From positions 1 through 62,871 of the forward strand of contig JAWOEJ010000291.1 of NCBI GenBank assembly GCA_046482845.1: a stretch of DNA of 62,871 bases, in the 5' to 3' direction. The DNA comes from Desulfobacteraceae bacterium (lineage in GTDB: Bacteria > Desulfobacterota > Desulfobacteria > Desulfobacterales > Desulfobacteraceae). Below, one piece after another: positions 18,203-29,105 of the stretch. Under the pieces are notes generated by a model. It did no database searches. It was not told where the DNA came from and saw only the letters and a program-made list of their open reading frames with translations. The position numbers and the translations under genes were made by a program. The stretch's first letter is position 1. Each line of letters opens with the position of its first letter.

Positions 18203-18440
18203 GTTTACCTCCTGTAAATAAAATTCAAGGCTTGAATTTTACCCGGCCAATTGTAAAAAGACTGAAATTTCCTGTCTATTGTAATTTGTGACTGTTGTAA
18301 GGTGACTAGATGTTTGTGCTTCTTTAAAAGCAATAAATAGGCTGTTTAGCATAGAATACCAAGGGAATTTTGAGGTGTCAAACAAATTTGCTCGTATTGT
18401 AAACATAAAAAATTAAGAAAGCCCTACGATGTTCTGGTTA

Positions 18441-18493
18441 CTGACAGAGCAATTGTTGGGGGCGGCGCTATTTAAAAAACTTAATGATTGAGT
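18441..18493. repeat. Degenerate solo half of the palindromic element family
   Basis: CTGACAGAGCAATTGTTGGGGGCGGCGCTATTTAAAAAACTTAATGATTGAGT parallels the right half (875-926) of the element at 683-926. Confidence 0.65.
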
Positions 18494-18745
18494 ATAAACA
18501 GATTATCATCTTTTTCCCTCTCCCTCCTAATTCAGCAGAGGAATCCCTACTTGACAAAATCATGACAGCAGGGATAATATTCACTTGAAATTTGATAATC
18601 GAATAAAACAATACTGGTTAAGAACCTGGTCAAACCGAATCCGGCATTTGACAGAGCAGTCACTTTGCCTGAAATCGGAACTGTTTTCTTTTCCAGACCC
18701 ATGGAATCATGCAGACCGGTAAAATTAAAAAGGACCCACAAAATC

Positions 18746-19987
18746 ATGTCGGCAAATGAATTCATAACAATTTCAGACCTGGCAAAAGAACTTGGGGTTG
18801 ACGACTCAAGTGTTAGATTCTACCTTGGCAGATTTGCACAACATCTTCCGGACATGGCAGATAAAAGCAGGGAAGCTTATCCTAAGGATATCCTCAACGA
18901 TCTGATGTTTATCACTGAAAAAATGCATTCCGGACATCGGCCGTCTGAAATTGAACAAAAGCTTAGCGAAAAAAAGAAATCTCCCTTAAAACCAGATGCC
19001 GGCAATCCCGAAACAGACAGGGAACCCCTTAATTTTCTTGCTCCCTTACTTGAAAAAATCATTGTGCAGCAGGAAAGAATTGCCTCCGCCCATGAACAAA
19101 GAGCTGAAACTGAGGCAAGAAAGGCAAGGGCCATAGAGAAAAGAGCTGAGGCTGAAACCCATAAGGCCGCTGCCATGAACAATATTGCCAGTGCCCTGCA
19201 GCACATGAAACATGAGGTGTTCCCCGGGTCCCCTGCCGGCAATCTTATCAGCGCTGCCCAAAAAGCCATTGCCCATGAACATAATCAGGATCAGGATCAG
19301 GATTTGAAACCTGAAAAAAAACATGACTCTTCAGAGGATCAGTATATCCCTGATGACATGGACGATCTGTCGCAATTGACTGATGAAACAACAGATGAAA
19401 CAGCGCGCGAAAATCTGGAAAACAAGCCCCATGATTTTTCGCGATCAAATCATGAAAACCAGGATCTGGATGACTTGTCTCTTCTCATTGATGAAGCAGC
19501 AGATGAACCAGCGCACGAAAATCAAAAAAAACAGGCCGATGATTTATCACGATCAACTCCTGAAAATCAGGATCTGGATGATCTGTCCCTGCTCATTGGT
19601 GAAGCAGCAGATAAAACAGACCATGAAAATCAGGAGATCCAGGCACTGGACAATCTGTCACTGCTGCTTGATGAAACAACGAATGAAAATCAAAATATAG
19701 ATGACCTGTCTCTGCTCATTGATGAAACAACAGGTCAAACAGATAAAAAGGACATTTCCCCCAAACGAATCAAAACATCCGTAACTCCTGAAAATGATTT
19801 TAAAAAATACAAATCCGAAATCATCAACCACATCATCAGATTGAAAAAAGAAGGGCTTTCCATTGATGACACCACTGCCCTTTTTAATGAAGAAAAAGTA
19901 AAAACACTGTCAGGGAAAGATCAATGGAGCAAAAAAGCCATTGCCAAAATCTTCAAGCTGATCGATTCGGTGAGCAAAAAAAATTAA
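18746..19987 (+). CDS. MerR-like HTH protein with a coiled coil and five acidic DDLSLLIDE-type repeats
   Basis: The N-terminus [25 protein letters not shown] looks like a MerR-type HTH. A charged helical segment follows, then the five-fold repeat. The start is set at the ATG at 18746 (MSANEF), not at the track start 18665. Confidence 0.7.
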   Translation: MSANEFITISDLAKELGVDDSSVRFYLGRFAQHLPDMADKSREAYPKDILNDLMFITEKMHSGHRPSEIEQKLSEKKKSPLKPDAGNPETDREPLNFLAPLLEKIIVQQERIASAHEQRAETEARKARAIEKRAEAETHKAAAMNNIASALQHMKHEVFPGSPAGNLISAAQKAIAHEHNQDQDQDLKPEKKHDSSEDQYIPDDMDDLSQLTDETTDETARENLENKPHDFSRSNHENQDLDDLSLLIDEAADEPAHENQKKQADDLSRSTPENQDLDDLSLLIGEAADKTDHENQEIQALDNLSLLLDETTNENQNIDDLSLLIDETTGQTDKKDISPKRIKTSVTPENDFKKYKSEIINHIIRLKKEGLSIDDTTALFNEEKVKTLSGKDQWSKKAIAKIFKLIDSVSKKN

Positions 19988-22155
19988 ACCCTGAATTTTT
20001 TCATCATATCAGAAAGTTTATCGGCCAGCCCGGCAAGCTCCTGGGCACTGATCTTCACCTGGGAGCTGGAATTGGCCATCTCACCTGAGGACTGAGTCAC
20101 CTCAGCCACTTCCTTTGATACATCGCTGGCTGCCGTAGACGCCTGAGCCACATTTTCGTTGACCTCTCCAAGACCGGATGAGGCCTGGGACACATTTTCT
20201 GAAATCTCCTTTGTGGTGGCAGACTGCTCTTCCACTGCCGTGGCAATGGTTGAGACCATTTCATTGATCTCGGTTACAGCTGCTGAAATATTGGAAATAT
20301 TGGAAACAGTTGCTTCAGTGGATGTCTGTATACCGGCCACCCGGTCCTTTATTTCATTGGTGGCCCCGGCTGTCTGGCTGGCAAGATCCTTGATTTCATT
20401 GGCAACAACGGCAAAACCCTTACCTGCCTCCCCGGCCCGTGCCGCCTCAATTGTGGCGTTCAAAGCCAGCAGGTTCACCTGCTCTGATATATCGGTAATG
20501 GATTCCACCACCTTTCCAATCTGTCTGGCTGCATAACCCAGTTCATTTACTTCATTGGAAGCGGTCTGGGTCTGGTTCACGGCATTGTCTGTTATGGCTC
20601 TCGCCTTTTCGGCATTCTGTGCAATCTCATTGATGGTAGACGTCATCTCTTCCGAGGCTGACGCAACCATGTTGACATTGGTTGACGTCTCTTCCATGGC
20701 CGCTGCAATTGAGTCCATATTGGCACTCATCTCCTCAGACGCGGCAGCAACTGTATTTGATCTTGATGCGGTTTCCTCAGCAGCCGCGTTCATCTGATCG
20801 GATATATTGGCAAGGCTTTTTGAAGAATCATTGAGCTTTAAGGCATCCTCCTTTACAGAAGATATCATGCCCTGCATATTCTCAATAAATGTATTAAACC
20901 ACTCGGCAAGTTCCTGGGTTTCATCACCGGATTTATCCTTGATTCTCCTTGTCAGATCCCCTTCTCCCCGGGCAATATCCCTGAGCATATCAATCACGTT
21001 TCTTATGGGACCGACAATGCCCTTTGAAACAACAAACCAGGAAAGAATCAGGGCCAGCACAACAATGCCTGCTACAATGGAAACGATTTTAACGATATCC
21101 CTGGAAATATTATCCTTTATAAAATCAGCTTTTCTGGAAATGGCAGCATCCAGATCATCGGTATAAATCCCCGTCCCGATATTCCAGTCCCAGCCGTCAA
21201 GTTTTTTTGCAAAGGAGAGTTTGGCAAGGGCTGTTGCTGATCCGGGTTTTGGCCAGAAATAATTGAAGAAAGCCCCCTGCTCACTTGAATCTGCCGCCTT
21301 TATAAGATCTCTGATAAAAAAATCACCCTTTTTATCCTTTATATCGTACATGTTCGTACCCACCAGGGAGGCATTATCATGGAGAAGGCAGGTCCCCTGT
21401 GAGTCAAAAACAAAAAAATAACCGCTTTTGTCTTTGCCGTAACGGACAGCGCCTATGCTATTCAATGCCTGCTGTTTTAACATGGCTTCCGTGGATTCAA
21501 GGTATAGTCCGCCGCCTATGATCCATCCCCATTCCTTAAACAGTTTTACATAGGAAATCTTGTCCACAGGCCTGTCAAACCCCGGCTTGGGCCACTTATA
21601 ATCCACAAAACCCCCGCCTTTTTCCAGGGCAATGTCCTGAAAGGCCTGAAACAACAATTTTCCATCAGGATCTTTTATATCCAGGAGGTATTGACCATTT
21701 AAATTTTTTTTAACAGGATGCATCACCATATCCCCGTTGGTATCCTGAATCCAGAAATATCCCTGGTTATCCTCTCCCCAGGTCATTTTTTCAATCATGG
21801 CTTTGGCATAATTCTTTTTCTCTTCCATTGTAAAAAAGTTCTCATTGTTCTCCATGAACTCAAAAACGGATGCAGCCTGGTCAACAGCAGCTTTTATTTT
21901 TTCGCCAAAGCTTTTTCTAAGGCCTTCCTTGTCCATGGCATCCCCGTAAAACTGTTCAGCAATGGTATAGGCAGACCCCACAAGATCTCTGATATAATTC
22001 TTTTTCTCTGTCATTACCCCTGTTTCATACTCTTCAATAGCCACCTGACCTTCATGTTTCAGCCCTGCCACTGAAAAGAAAAGGGCTGCGCCTCCCACAA
22101 GAATCAGAGCCGACACCATGAGCAGATTTACCTTGGCACCAATATTTAATCTCAT
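19984..22155 (-). CDS. Methyl-accepting chemotaxis protein with tandem Cache-like sensor modules
   Basis: N-terminal TM, then two Cache-like repeats ([22 protein letters not shown] and [22 protein letters not shown]), a second TM, a HAMP domain, and an MA domain ([27 protein letters not shown]). Confidence 0.93.
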   Translation of the reverse strand: MRLNIGAKVNLLMVSALILVGGAALFFSVAGLKHEGQVAIEEYETGVMTEKKNYIRDLVGSAYTIAEQFYGDAMDKEGLRKSFGEKIKAAVDQAASVFEFMENNENFFTMEEKKNYAKAMIEKMTWGEDNQGYFWIQDTNGDMVMHPVKKNLNGQYLLDIKDPDGKLLFQAFQDIALEKGGGFVDYKWPKPGFDRPVDKISYVKLFKEWGWIIGGGLYLESTEAMLKQQALNSIGAVRYGKDKSGYFFVFDSQGTCLLHDNASLVGTNMYDIKDKKGDFFIRDLIKAADSSEQGAFFNYFWPKPGSATALAKLSFAKKLDGWDWNIGTGIYTDDLDAAISRKADFIKDNISRDIVKIVSIVAGIVVLALILSWFVVSKGIVGPIRNVIDMLRDIARGEGDLTRRIKDKSGDETQELAEWFNTFIENMQGMISSVKEDALKLNDSSKSLANISDQMNAAAEETASRSNTVAAASEEMSANMDSIAAAMEETSTNVNMVASASEEMTSTINEIAQNAEKARAITDNAVNQTQTASNEVNELGYAARQIGKVVESITDISEQVNLLALNATIEAARAGEAGKGFAVVANEIKDLASQTAGATNEIKDRVAGIQTSTEATVSNISNISAAVTEINEMVSTIATAVEEQSATTKEISENVSQASSGLGEVNENVAQASTAASDVSKEVAEVTQSSGEMANSSSQVKISAQELAGLADKLSDMMKKFRV

Positions 22156-22181
22156 CTCCCCCCCCCTCTATTTATTGCTTT

Positions 22182-22270
22182 AACTCGATGATTTAGGGAT
22201 CTTCCAAAAAATAATCCAGAATCCAGTCACAAAAACCAGAATCCAGTCACAAAAAACTGATCATCGAGTT
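22182..22270. repeat. Short variant of the TIR element family, with a perfect 20-bp tandem duplication
   Basis: Termini are AACTCGATGAT (22182-22192) and ACTGATCATCGAGTT (22256-22270). CCAGAATCCAGTCACAAAAA occurs twice in tandem (22216-22235 and 22236-22255). Confidence 0.7.
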
Positions 22271-22284
22271 GTTACGTGCTAGTG

Positions 22285-23223
22285 TTATTTGGCACCGGCC
22301 TCCTGTGCAAAACTGAGATCAATGAATTTGTTGAGATCAATCAGGCTGGTCATGATATTCATTTCATCCATCATATACTTTTGAATCGCTTCAAAGTCAT
22401 CCATGCTGGGCATGAGCTCTCCTGTGGTGATTCGATCCGCCGGTTCTGTTAGAACCCTCTGGATAACGCTCTTTTCCTGGGAAAGAAAGTCTGCACCAAT
22501 GGAGGCGGCGGGTTCGGGCTGAGCATCTACGGCCAGACCGGACCGGACAAAACTTCTTGTCAACTCAAGAACAGCATCTGGATATTTTTCTATTATATGA
22601 TTCTGCATGACAAAGACACAGCAGGGGTGTCCCGGCCAGAGATCCTTGGACAGAAACACCTCTTCTCCAAGTCCCGAAGTGATCACCTGGGAGCCAATGG
22701 GTTCTGCAACGATAAATCCGCCGATTTCCCCGTCTTCATCGTATTGGAGGGCTTCGGGCATCTGAAAGGGGGCCACCACCTCCAGGGTCACATCAATTCC
22801 TGGATCAACTGATCTGCCGGGTTTAAGGCCTTTTTCTGCAAGAAGCTTATGAAAGAGCATATTGTGTATGGACAATTGATAGGGAATCAGTACAGTTTTT
22901 CCGGCAAAATCTTCAATTTTTTCAATATGGGCCTTTTTGTTTTTCACCAGCAGGCTGCCGGATTTGTGGGTCAGCAGCAGCAGCCTCAGATCAACGCCGG
23001 ATTTAAACAAATCCATGGCAGTGGGGGCAAGTATGAACGCACCGTCAAGGGTCTTTGCAGCAAGGGCGTCGGCCACCTCATTCCATCCGTTTTTAAGCAC
23101 AGGTTTTAAACTGCAGTGGGAAAAGGTCTCCATTCCTTTTTTAAGCTTCAGGTCTGTAACGCCAAGTATAAGATGATCGGTGATCTTGAGGTGACCAATT
23201 TTTAAAACGGGTTTGTCCGCCAT
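22285..23223 (-). CDS. NitT/TauT (NrtA/NMT1)-type substrate-binding-like protein with no obvious signal peptide
   Basis: KIGHLKITDHLILGV and the overall length fit nitrate/sulfonate/bicarbonate-type binding proteins. The start is set at the ATG at 23223 (MADKPVL) after AGGAGG. The track N-terminal extension runs into the repeat at 23283. Confidence 0.6.
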   Translation of the reverse strand: MADKPVLKIGHLKITDHLILGVTDLKLKKGMETFSHCSLKPVLKNGWNEVADALAAKTLDGAFILAPTAMDLFKSGVDLRLLLLTHKSGSLLVKNKKAHIEKIEDFAGKTVLIPYQLSIHNMLFHKLLAEKGLKPGRSVDPGIDVTLEVVAPFQMPEALQYDEDGEIGGFIVAEPIGSQVITSGLGEEVFLSKDLWPGHPCCVFVMQNHIIEKYPDAVLELTRSFVRSGLAVDAQPEPAASIGADFLSQEKSVIQRVLTEPADRITTGELMPSMDDFEAIQKYMMDEMNIMTSLIDLNKFIDLSFAQEAGAK

Positions 23224-23282
23224 AGAATTTACCTCCTGGGTTTGTATGCTCTCCTGGATAATGCCCTGATTTTGTGAATATA

Positions 23283-23438
23283 ACTTGATGATCAAATTTT
23301 TTCATGTGAGGGGTCAGGCCTGCGTTATTGGCATTATCTGTGCCGTCCCGGGTTTACAGGGGCTGTGGTTGATAACATCAACAACCCAGGCCTGACCCCG
23401 TTCTCCAGAAACCAGACACAAGAACTTGATCATCGAGT
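23283..23438. repeat. ~156-bp intergenic element with terminal inverted repeats (MITE-like), copy A
   Basis: Termini are ACTTGATGATCAA and CTTGATCATCGAGT. There is an internal long stem GGGGTCAGGCCTG..CAGGCCTGACCCC. It aligns along its length with copy B at 53471-53640. Confidence 0.88.
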
Positions 23439-23533
23439 ATAAGGTATATTTCATTTCAGTGTCAACAGGAAAGGCTGAATATTTATTTTTTAAGGATTTT
23501 TAAAGATCCCCTTACCCCTGTGCCGTCCAATCA

Positions 23534-24277
23534 TTAATGGCAGGAACGGGACAAAAAAAATGCTGCCAGTTCAAGATCCACCGGGGCAGTGATTTTTATG
23601 TTTTTCCTGGACCCCTCTGTTATAAACACTTTTTCGCCCATTTGCTCCACCAGGGCCCCGTCATCCGTAGCCAAAGCCCCTGTTTCTGCTGCCTTTCTGT
23701 GGGCCTTTAGAATCAGATCCAGGTCAAAGGCCTGGGGAGTCTGCACCTGAAAGAGATTTTCCCTGTTCACCGTACTGCGGACAAAACCGCCACCATCCCC
23801 TTGTTTTATGGTATCTGAAACAGGCAGAGCCGGAACACATGCCCTGTGCCTTACAGCCCCGAGGATACACCGCTCCATGAGCAGATGATCTGCAAAGGGA
23901 CGAACCCCGTCATGGATCAGCACAATGTTTTTTTTCGTATTATCCACCCTGTCTGCAAGGGCTTCAAGGCCGTTTAAAACTGAATTCTGGCGTTCTTTAC
24001 CCCCGCAGACCAGTTCTACCCGTGTGTCAAGCCCCAGGGGCCTTAAAATGGTATTGAGGCAGAAAAAATAATCTTTTCCGGGAACAACAAGCAGGATATC
24101 GTGAACAGCAGAACAGGTTGCAAAGGGTTCAAGGGTATGTTGAAGAATTGGCCGGCCGGCCAGGTTTAGATACTGCTTTTTTTGTTCAGCTGACATTCGA
24201 ACCCCTTTGCCGCCTGCAAGGATCAAAGCAGAGATCCTGTATTCCTGAAACCTGCAGGATTTATAAAGACAGGACAT
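23534..24277 (-). CDS. ispD: 2-C-methyl-D-erythritol 4-phosphate cytidylyltransferase
   Basis: ALILAGGKGVRM and VLIHDGVRPF are IspD motifs. The start is set at the ATG at 24277 after AAGGTG. The track start at 24340 is a GTG abutting the upstream stop. Confidence 0.9.
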   Translation of the reverse strand: MSCLYKSCRFQEYRISALILAGGKGVRMSAEQKKQYLNLAGRPILQHTLEPFATCSAVHDILLVVPGKDYFFCLNTILRPLGLDTRVELVCGGKERQNSVLNGLEALADRVDNTKKNIVLIHDGVRPFADHLLMERCILGAVRHRACVPALPVSDTIKQGDGGGFVRSTVNRENLFQVQTPQAFDLDLILKAHRKAAETGALATDDGALVEQMGEKVFITEGSRKNIKITAPVDLELAAFFLSRSCH

Positions 24278-24339
24278 ATAATTCACCTTGACACCTAATC
24301 TTAGTGCTTGAACGGAAACACGGGGTTTTTGTTCAGACA

Positions 24340-25644
24340 CTATCTTAAATAGGACAATTCCCTGGGAAGAGGGACCCCTTTTCCCATGGAGTCCTCGGCA
24401 TAATTGACAGCGGCAAGCACCTCAATATCGGCCAGGGCCCTGACATCCCCATGAAATTCAACCTCCTGGATATTCTCCTTTTTTATCTTGCCGCCGGCCC
24501 ACTGTATATCAAGAACACTGGCTGCATCAAATCTGTCCCCTTTGACAACCATTTCCACTTCACCGCCATAGTGCTGAACAATTTTTGCCACAAGCAGGCT
24601 GGGTCTGCTGTGAAACCCCCTTTCCCGGGGAATCCCCACAACAATGGAAGAGCGGTCAATGTTCTCGTTTAAAATATCAACGGCAATGGCTTTACCATTG
24701 GAAAAGAAATGACGGACATAAAAAAGGCCGTAATTAACGGCGCGGTCCAGCAAAATATCGGGATCAATGATTTCGGATAAAGACTCACTAACGCTTTTGT
24801 ATTTGCTCTTGTAGGACACATCGTGGAGGTGGCGTTCATAAAAATGAAGCAGCCTGCCCACAACCTGGAGAATATGAAAGGCAATGGAAAAATGGCTTCT
24901 AAGGGCTCTAAGCTTTGGCGTTCCTGTCTGAAAATCCCCGTGGACCACATAGGAATCAAAGGCGGACTGAAGATTATGCACCAGCATTTCAATCCGCCTT
25001 ATGGCCACCTCATTGACGCTGTCAGGGACAAAGGTTCTTATGGTTCTGCTGTCATACCTTTCATAAAAGGAAAACTGATCGAAATCAGCAATAATCTCCA
25101 GAAATTCACTGGCAATCACCGTTAAATTCTTTTTCTGTCTTTCCCGGTTGTCAAAATCATCTATATTGTGCTCCAGCATCATCCCTGTGGATATACTGGG
25201 GAAAAACCGCCCGTCATAGCCGAACTTCGGAACATCTATGCCCAGATTTTCCGCTTCCCTGATAATCCCGGGGGCGGCCAGTCTGAGGGAATCCTGAATC
25301 ATCATCAGTGTATCCCTGGATTCCAGTTCAAAGGTCCCCTTTTCCTTAAGATGATAAAATTCCAGACGGTTTACAATATGCTTCTGGGAATATCCGGCAA
25401 GGGAGAGATGCCGCACCGCTGCCGTCAATTCCCTGTAAAACACCCATTCGTAATTGTGTTTTGCACCGTGAAAATCAAGAAAATCCTCCAATAAATGGGA
25501 CGCCGTGATTAATTTGGAATACAGTTTTTTACTCAACACAGAACATGAGGAATCCGTATCAACTATAAAACGGATGCACTTGAGGTATTCAAAAGAAAAA
25601 AGGTCCACCTTATGCTTAAAGGAGATTTCAGCGGCTGATGTCAT
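24340..25644 (-). CDS. Fusion protein: ~330-aa domain of unknown function plus a C-terminal HPr (PTS phosphocarrier) domain
   Basis: Residues ~332-415 read IVVGIPRERGFHSRPSLLVAKIVQHYGGEVEMVVKGDRFDAASVLDI. This is HPr-like, with the active-site His (GFHSRPS) and the regulatory Ser region retained. I could not assign the N-terminal part. Confidence 0.75.
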   Translation of the reverse strand: MTSAAEISFKHKVDLFSFEYLKCIRFIVDTDSSCSVLSKKLYSKLITASHLLEDFLDFHGAKHNYEWVFYRELTAAVRHLSLAGYSQKHIVNRLEFYHLKEKGTFELESRDTLMMIQDSLRLAAPGIIREAENLGIDVPKFGYDGRFFPSISTGMMLEHNIDDFDNRERQKKNLTVIASEFLEIIADFDQFSFYERYDSRTIRTFVPDSVNEVAIRRIEMLVHNLQSAFDSYVVHGDFQTGTPKLRALRSHFSIAFHILQVVGRLLHFYERHLHDVSYKSKYKSVSESLSEIIDPDILLDRAVNYGLFYVRHFFSNGKAIAVDILNENIDRSSIVVGIPRERGFHSRPSLLVAKIVQHYGGEVEMVVKGDRFDAASVLDIQWAGGKIKKENIQEVEFHGDVRALADIEVLAAVNYAEDSMGKGVPLPRELSYLR

Positions 25645-25778
25645 ATATAAAATTCGCCCTAATGGCCTCCCTTTTTATAAGAAACTTGAAACAAGATACA
25701 AGACGCGGTATAATTCAATTTTCATGATTTATTGTGGCCGCTCAGGCCATGGGGGGTATCTGGAACATAATTCAGCCA

Positions 25779-26960
25779 TTACATCATATCCTGCTGGGTT
25801 TCTGAAATGGCCTGATTTATTTTTTCTGACAATTCTTCAGGAAGCCCTTCAATATCAACATTTAAAAAACCCCGTACAATGGTTGATACAGCCTCATCCT
25901 CATCAAGGCCCCTGGACATGAGGTACTCGATTTCATGCTTGTCGATTTTACCCACAGCTGCTTCATGGGACATTTCAACGTCCGGCGTATACCCTGAAAG
26001 TTCTGGTATGGCGTGGAGAAGACCGTCTTTGAGAATAAGCCCCTTGCACTCCAGATGTCCTTTCACACCTGGCACCTTTGCCTTGATATGCCCCCTGGAA
26101 ATAATGGTGCCTCCGGCGGCAATGGCCCTGGAGATGATTTCAGTCCTGGCCCCTGTACCGTTAAGTTCCACAACAGATCCAATGTCCATGTATGTTCCCT
26201 GGCCTGCCACCAGTATACTGTTGAACAGTCCTGTGGCATCCTTTTCAAGCATGATGACAGGATTGGATTCAATATACCCCACGGGCTTCAGGGAAATATA
26301 ATTGGAAATAAAAACCCCGCCTTCTTCCACATGGACTTTGGTTTTGGGCCGCACATCCACCCGTTCCCCCCAGTTGTGGATCATTGTATATTTTAACACA
26401 GCCCCTTTTTTAACATAAAACTCGGAAAGACCGATGTGAAGACCGGAACTGACATGGGAAGCAGTGGAGCACCCTGTAATGATATTAAGGGCTGAATCTT
26501 CTTCAGCAATGACGATATTATGAACATTCTGGGAAAATTTATCTTCTGCAATGTGAAGACAGGTCTGCACGGGCTTTTCTACTTTAATCCCTTTTTCCGC
26601 CCTGATAAAGAAACCGTCCAGCCTGTCGTTTTTCAATGGTCTGCCAATATCATCCATATCTGGATCAAGCAGTTTCCAGAAATAATCCCCAAGCCAGGGA
26701 AATTCCTCAAGGGCCCTGGAAACCGGCTGAAGGTCAACCCCTTTTATGGATTTTGAGCAGTGAATAAGAGAGGCATCCTTTTGAATAAAGGTGCCTGATC
26801 TTAAAAAATCCGATGTCTCTATACCCACCTTTACCAGCTCCTGAGCATCCTTTCTGGACATGCGGTCAAGTGTTTCAACATATTCATGGTTTTTTGCCTC
26901 TTTGGTATAGGCAGAAAAATTAATTTTTTTTTTATCTGGTTCTCTGTCTACACTGAACAT
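25779..26960 (-). CDS. SufB/SufD-family Fe-S cluster assembly scaffold protein
   Basis: The C-terminal beta-helix region is typical of SufB/D ([26 protein letters not shown]). ATG at 26960 follows GAGGAG. It overlaps the 3' end of sufC. Confidence 0.85.
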   Translation of the reverse strand: MFSVDREPDKKKINFSAYTKEAKNHEYVETLDRMSRKDAQELVKVGIETSDFLRSGTFIQKDASLIHCSKSIKGVDLQPVSRALEEFPWLGDYFWKLLDPDMDDIGRPLKNDRLDGFFIRAEKGIKVEKPVQTCLHIAEDKFSQNVHNIVIAEEDSALNIITGCSTASHVSSGLHIGLSEFYVKKGAVLKYTMIHNWGERVDVRPKTKVHVEEGGVFISNYISLKPVGYIESNPVIMLEKDATGLFNSILVAGQGTYMDIGSVVELNGTGARTEIISRAIAAGGTIISRGHIKAKVPGVKGHLECKGLILKDGLLHAIPELSGYTPDVEMSHEAAVGKIDKHEIEYLMSRGLDEDEAVSTIVRGFLNVDIEGLPEELSEKINQAISETQQDMM

Positions 26961-27703
26961 CCAACACACTCCTCATATCCGTATTCTCTGATCCATTTCA
27001 AAATTTCCCTTGCATTCCGGGAACACCTGAGTTCGCCTTCGTAGAGAACCACCCCTTTATCTGCGGTAATATAATCAAGAATATGCCCGGTGTGGGTAAT
27101 CACAAGTCCTGATTTTGTCTTCTCAAGGGGATGAAGCTGTCTGCAGGATGGAAACTTTTCGATGCCCCTGTTTAAAAGGGAATTGATGTTTCTGCCAAGC
27201 AGTGAAATAGACTCCAGATCCACCCCGGATGCGGGTTCATCCAGCAGGAGAAGGTCGGGCTGCTGGGCGGTAAGCTGAAGCAGTTCAGAACGTTTTATTT
27301 CCCCCCCGGACAGATTTTCATTGACGTCCCGTTCAAGGAAATCCTCGAATTTTAATTTTTTGGATATGGCATCCACATCGATTTTCCTCCCATTGGCGCA
27401 AATTTCAACCATACGCCGGGTGGAAAGACCGTTGATTGTGGGCGGACGCTGATAAAGAACGCCAATACCGCGCCTTACCCGTTCATAAACCGGAAGTTCT
27501 GTAATATCTTCTCCCTTGAACACGATTCTGCCCCGGGTGACCCTGTATCCGGAAAACCCCATAATGGTCATCATCAACGTTGTTTTTCCCGACCCGTTGG
27601 GACCGAACAGAATATGGGTTTCTCCATAGGGAATATGAAGATCAATGTTTCTTAAAATTTCCTGCCCGCCGACTTCTACTTTCAGCGACTCAATTTTCAA
27701 CAT
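26948..27703 (-). CDS. sufC: Fe-S cluster assembly ATPase SufC
   Basis: 251 aa with Walker A (GPNGSGKTT), the ABC signature (LSGGEIKR) and Walker B ([12 protein letters not shown]). Confidence 0.93.
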   Translation of the reverse strand: MLKIESLKVEVGGQEILRNIDLHIPYGETHILFGPNGSGKTTLMMTIMGFSGYRVTRGRIVFKGEDITELPVYERVRRGIGVLYQRPPTINGLSTRRMVEICANGRKIDVDAISKKLKFEDFLERDVNENLSGGEIKRSELLQLTAQQPDLLLLDEPASGVDLESISLLGRNINSLLNRGIEKFPSCRQLHPLEKTKSGLVITHTGHILDYITADKGVVLYEGELRCSRNAREILKWIREYGYEECVGCSV

Positions 27704-27731
27704 AAAAACAATTCCTTTGTCTTTCCTGTAA

Positions 27732-27851
27732 TTCGATCATCAAGTTTTTTGAATATCACCGCCCCCAGCGGTTGCCTGTCAGGAACGAGAACAACGCAGG
27801 CAACGGCTGGGGCCGGTGCTCGGTCCTTCCATCAAAACTTGATAACCGAGT
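27732..27851. repeat. 120-bp palindromic element (un-nested member of the 683-926 family)
   Basis: Termini are TTCGATCATCAAGTTTTTT and CTTGATAACCGAGT. The internal arms CCGCCCCCAGCGGTTGCCTG and CAGGCAACGGCTGGGGCCGG form an imperfect hairpin. Confidence 0.82.
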
Positions 27852-27943
27852 GTAAAGCCGGAAAAAAAGGCCTGCACACCCTGTAAAAAGGGAACAGCCA
27901 TGGGATAGAGGCCCACAAACGACAATAAAAAAAGGGATATATA

Positions 27944-28307
<364 letters not shown>

Positions 28308-28324
<17 letters not shown>

Positions 28325-29051
28325 TATCATCACTGGATTCATCATAGTATAATATTCTATTACACTGGGGACATAAAATCAAGGTTTTCCCTTTCTGCAC
28401 CTCAATATAAAGCTGGGGGGGAACATTCATAAAGCAGCCCCGGCATACCTCATCCCTGACCTCAACCACAGCCCTCCCCTCTCCTGTTTCTGAAATCTCA
28501 AGAAATTTCTGGAAAAGACCAGGGTCGAGGCGCTTTCCAATTTTTTCCCGCTGTGCTCTGTACTTTTCAAGGAGATTCCGGTCCTGTTCCCCGTTTTTTT
28601 CTATTTTTTCCTGACCTGACCGGATATTTTCTTTTAATTGTTCAAATTCAGCTTTTTTTTCCTTGACCAGGACTTCCCTGGCCTCTTTTTTCTCAAGCAT
28701 CTCAAAATATGAATTTTCAAGCCCTTCCTTTCTCTTTATATTGTCATCAATTTCCCTTTGAAGGCTCTGATATTCCTTGTTGGTCCTAACATGCCTGAGA
28801 TTTTCCCGGCTTTTAACCATTCTATCGTTAATCACCTGAATCTCTGCCTCCAGGTCACGGCACCCTGCACTGGTTTTTTTCAGCTCATCTTCATGGCCCT
28901 GCAGCATTTTTTCAGACGCTGCAAGGTCTTTTTCCAGTTCTGCTTTTTCCTGTTCTATCTTTTCCAGCACAGATTCAATTCGGACAATCTCAGTTTCGCT
29001 TTTCTGAAGTCTGACAAGAACAGACATTTCCTCTCTGGTTATATCCCGCAT
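28308..29051 (-). CDS. Coiled-coil C4 zinc-ribbon protein (COG1579 / DUF164 type)
   Basis: A long heptad-rich region is followed by CRGC..(x19)..CPQC. The gene is adjacent to nif3, as in many bacteria. Confidence 0.85.
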
Positions 29052-29105
29052 AAAAAATCCCCTGTAATATAATTGTCAGTGCAGCAAAAAACGCCCTGAC
29101 TGCAT

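Noticed and set aside
18203-18400. Sigma-54 promoter upstream of prkA
   Set aside because: The only GG..GC candidates (TTGGTATTCTATGCTA and TTGGCCGGG..) have the wrong GG-to-GC spacing or lack the GC element.
19984-19987. Convergent MerR-like and chemoreceptor genes share overlapping stop codons (TTAA)
   Set aside because: The overlap is real but trivial. It is noted only because it leaves no room for terminators between the two genes.
23283-23295. Reading the palindromic terminus CTTGATsATCAAG as an FNR/CRP-type box
   Set aside because: The half-sites TTGAT/ATCAA are separated by 1 nt here, not the 4 nt of FNR-type sites. The motif always occurs at the ends of repeat elements.
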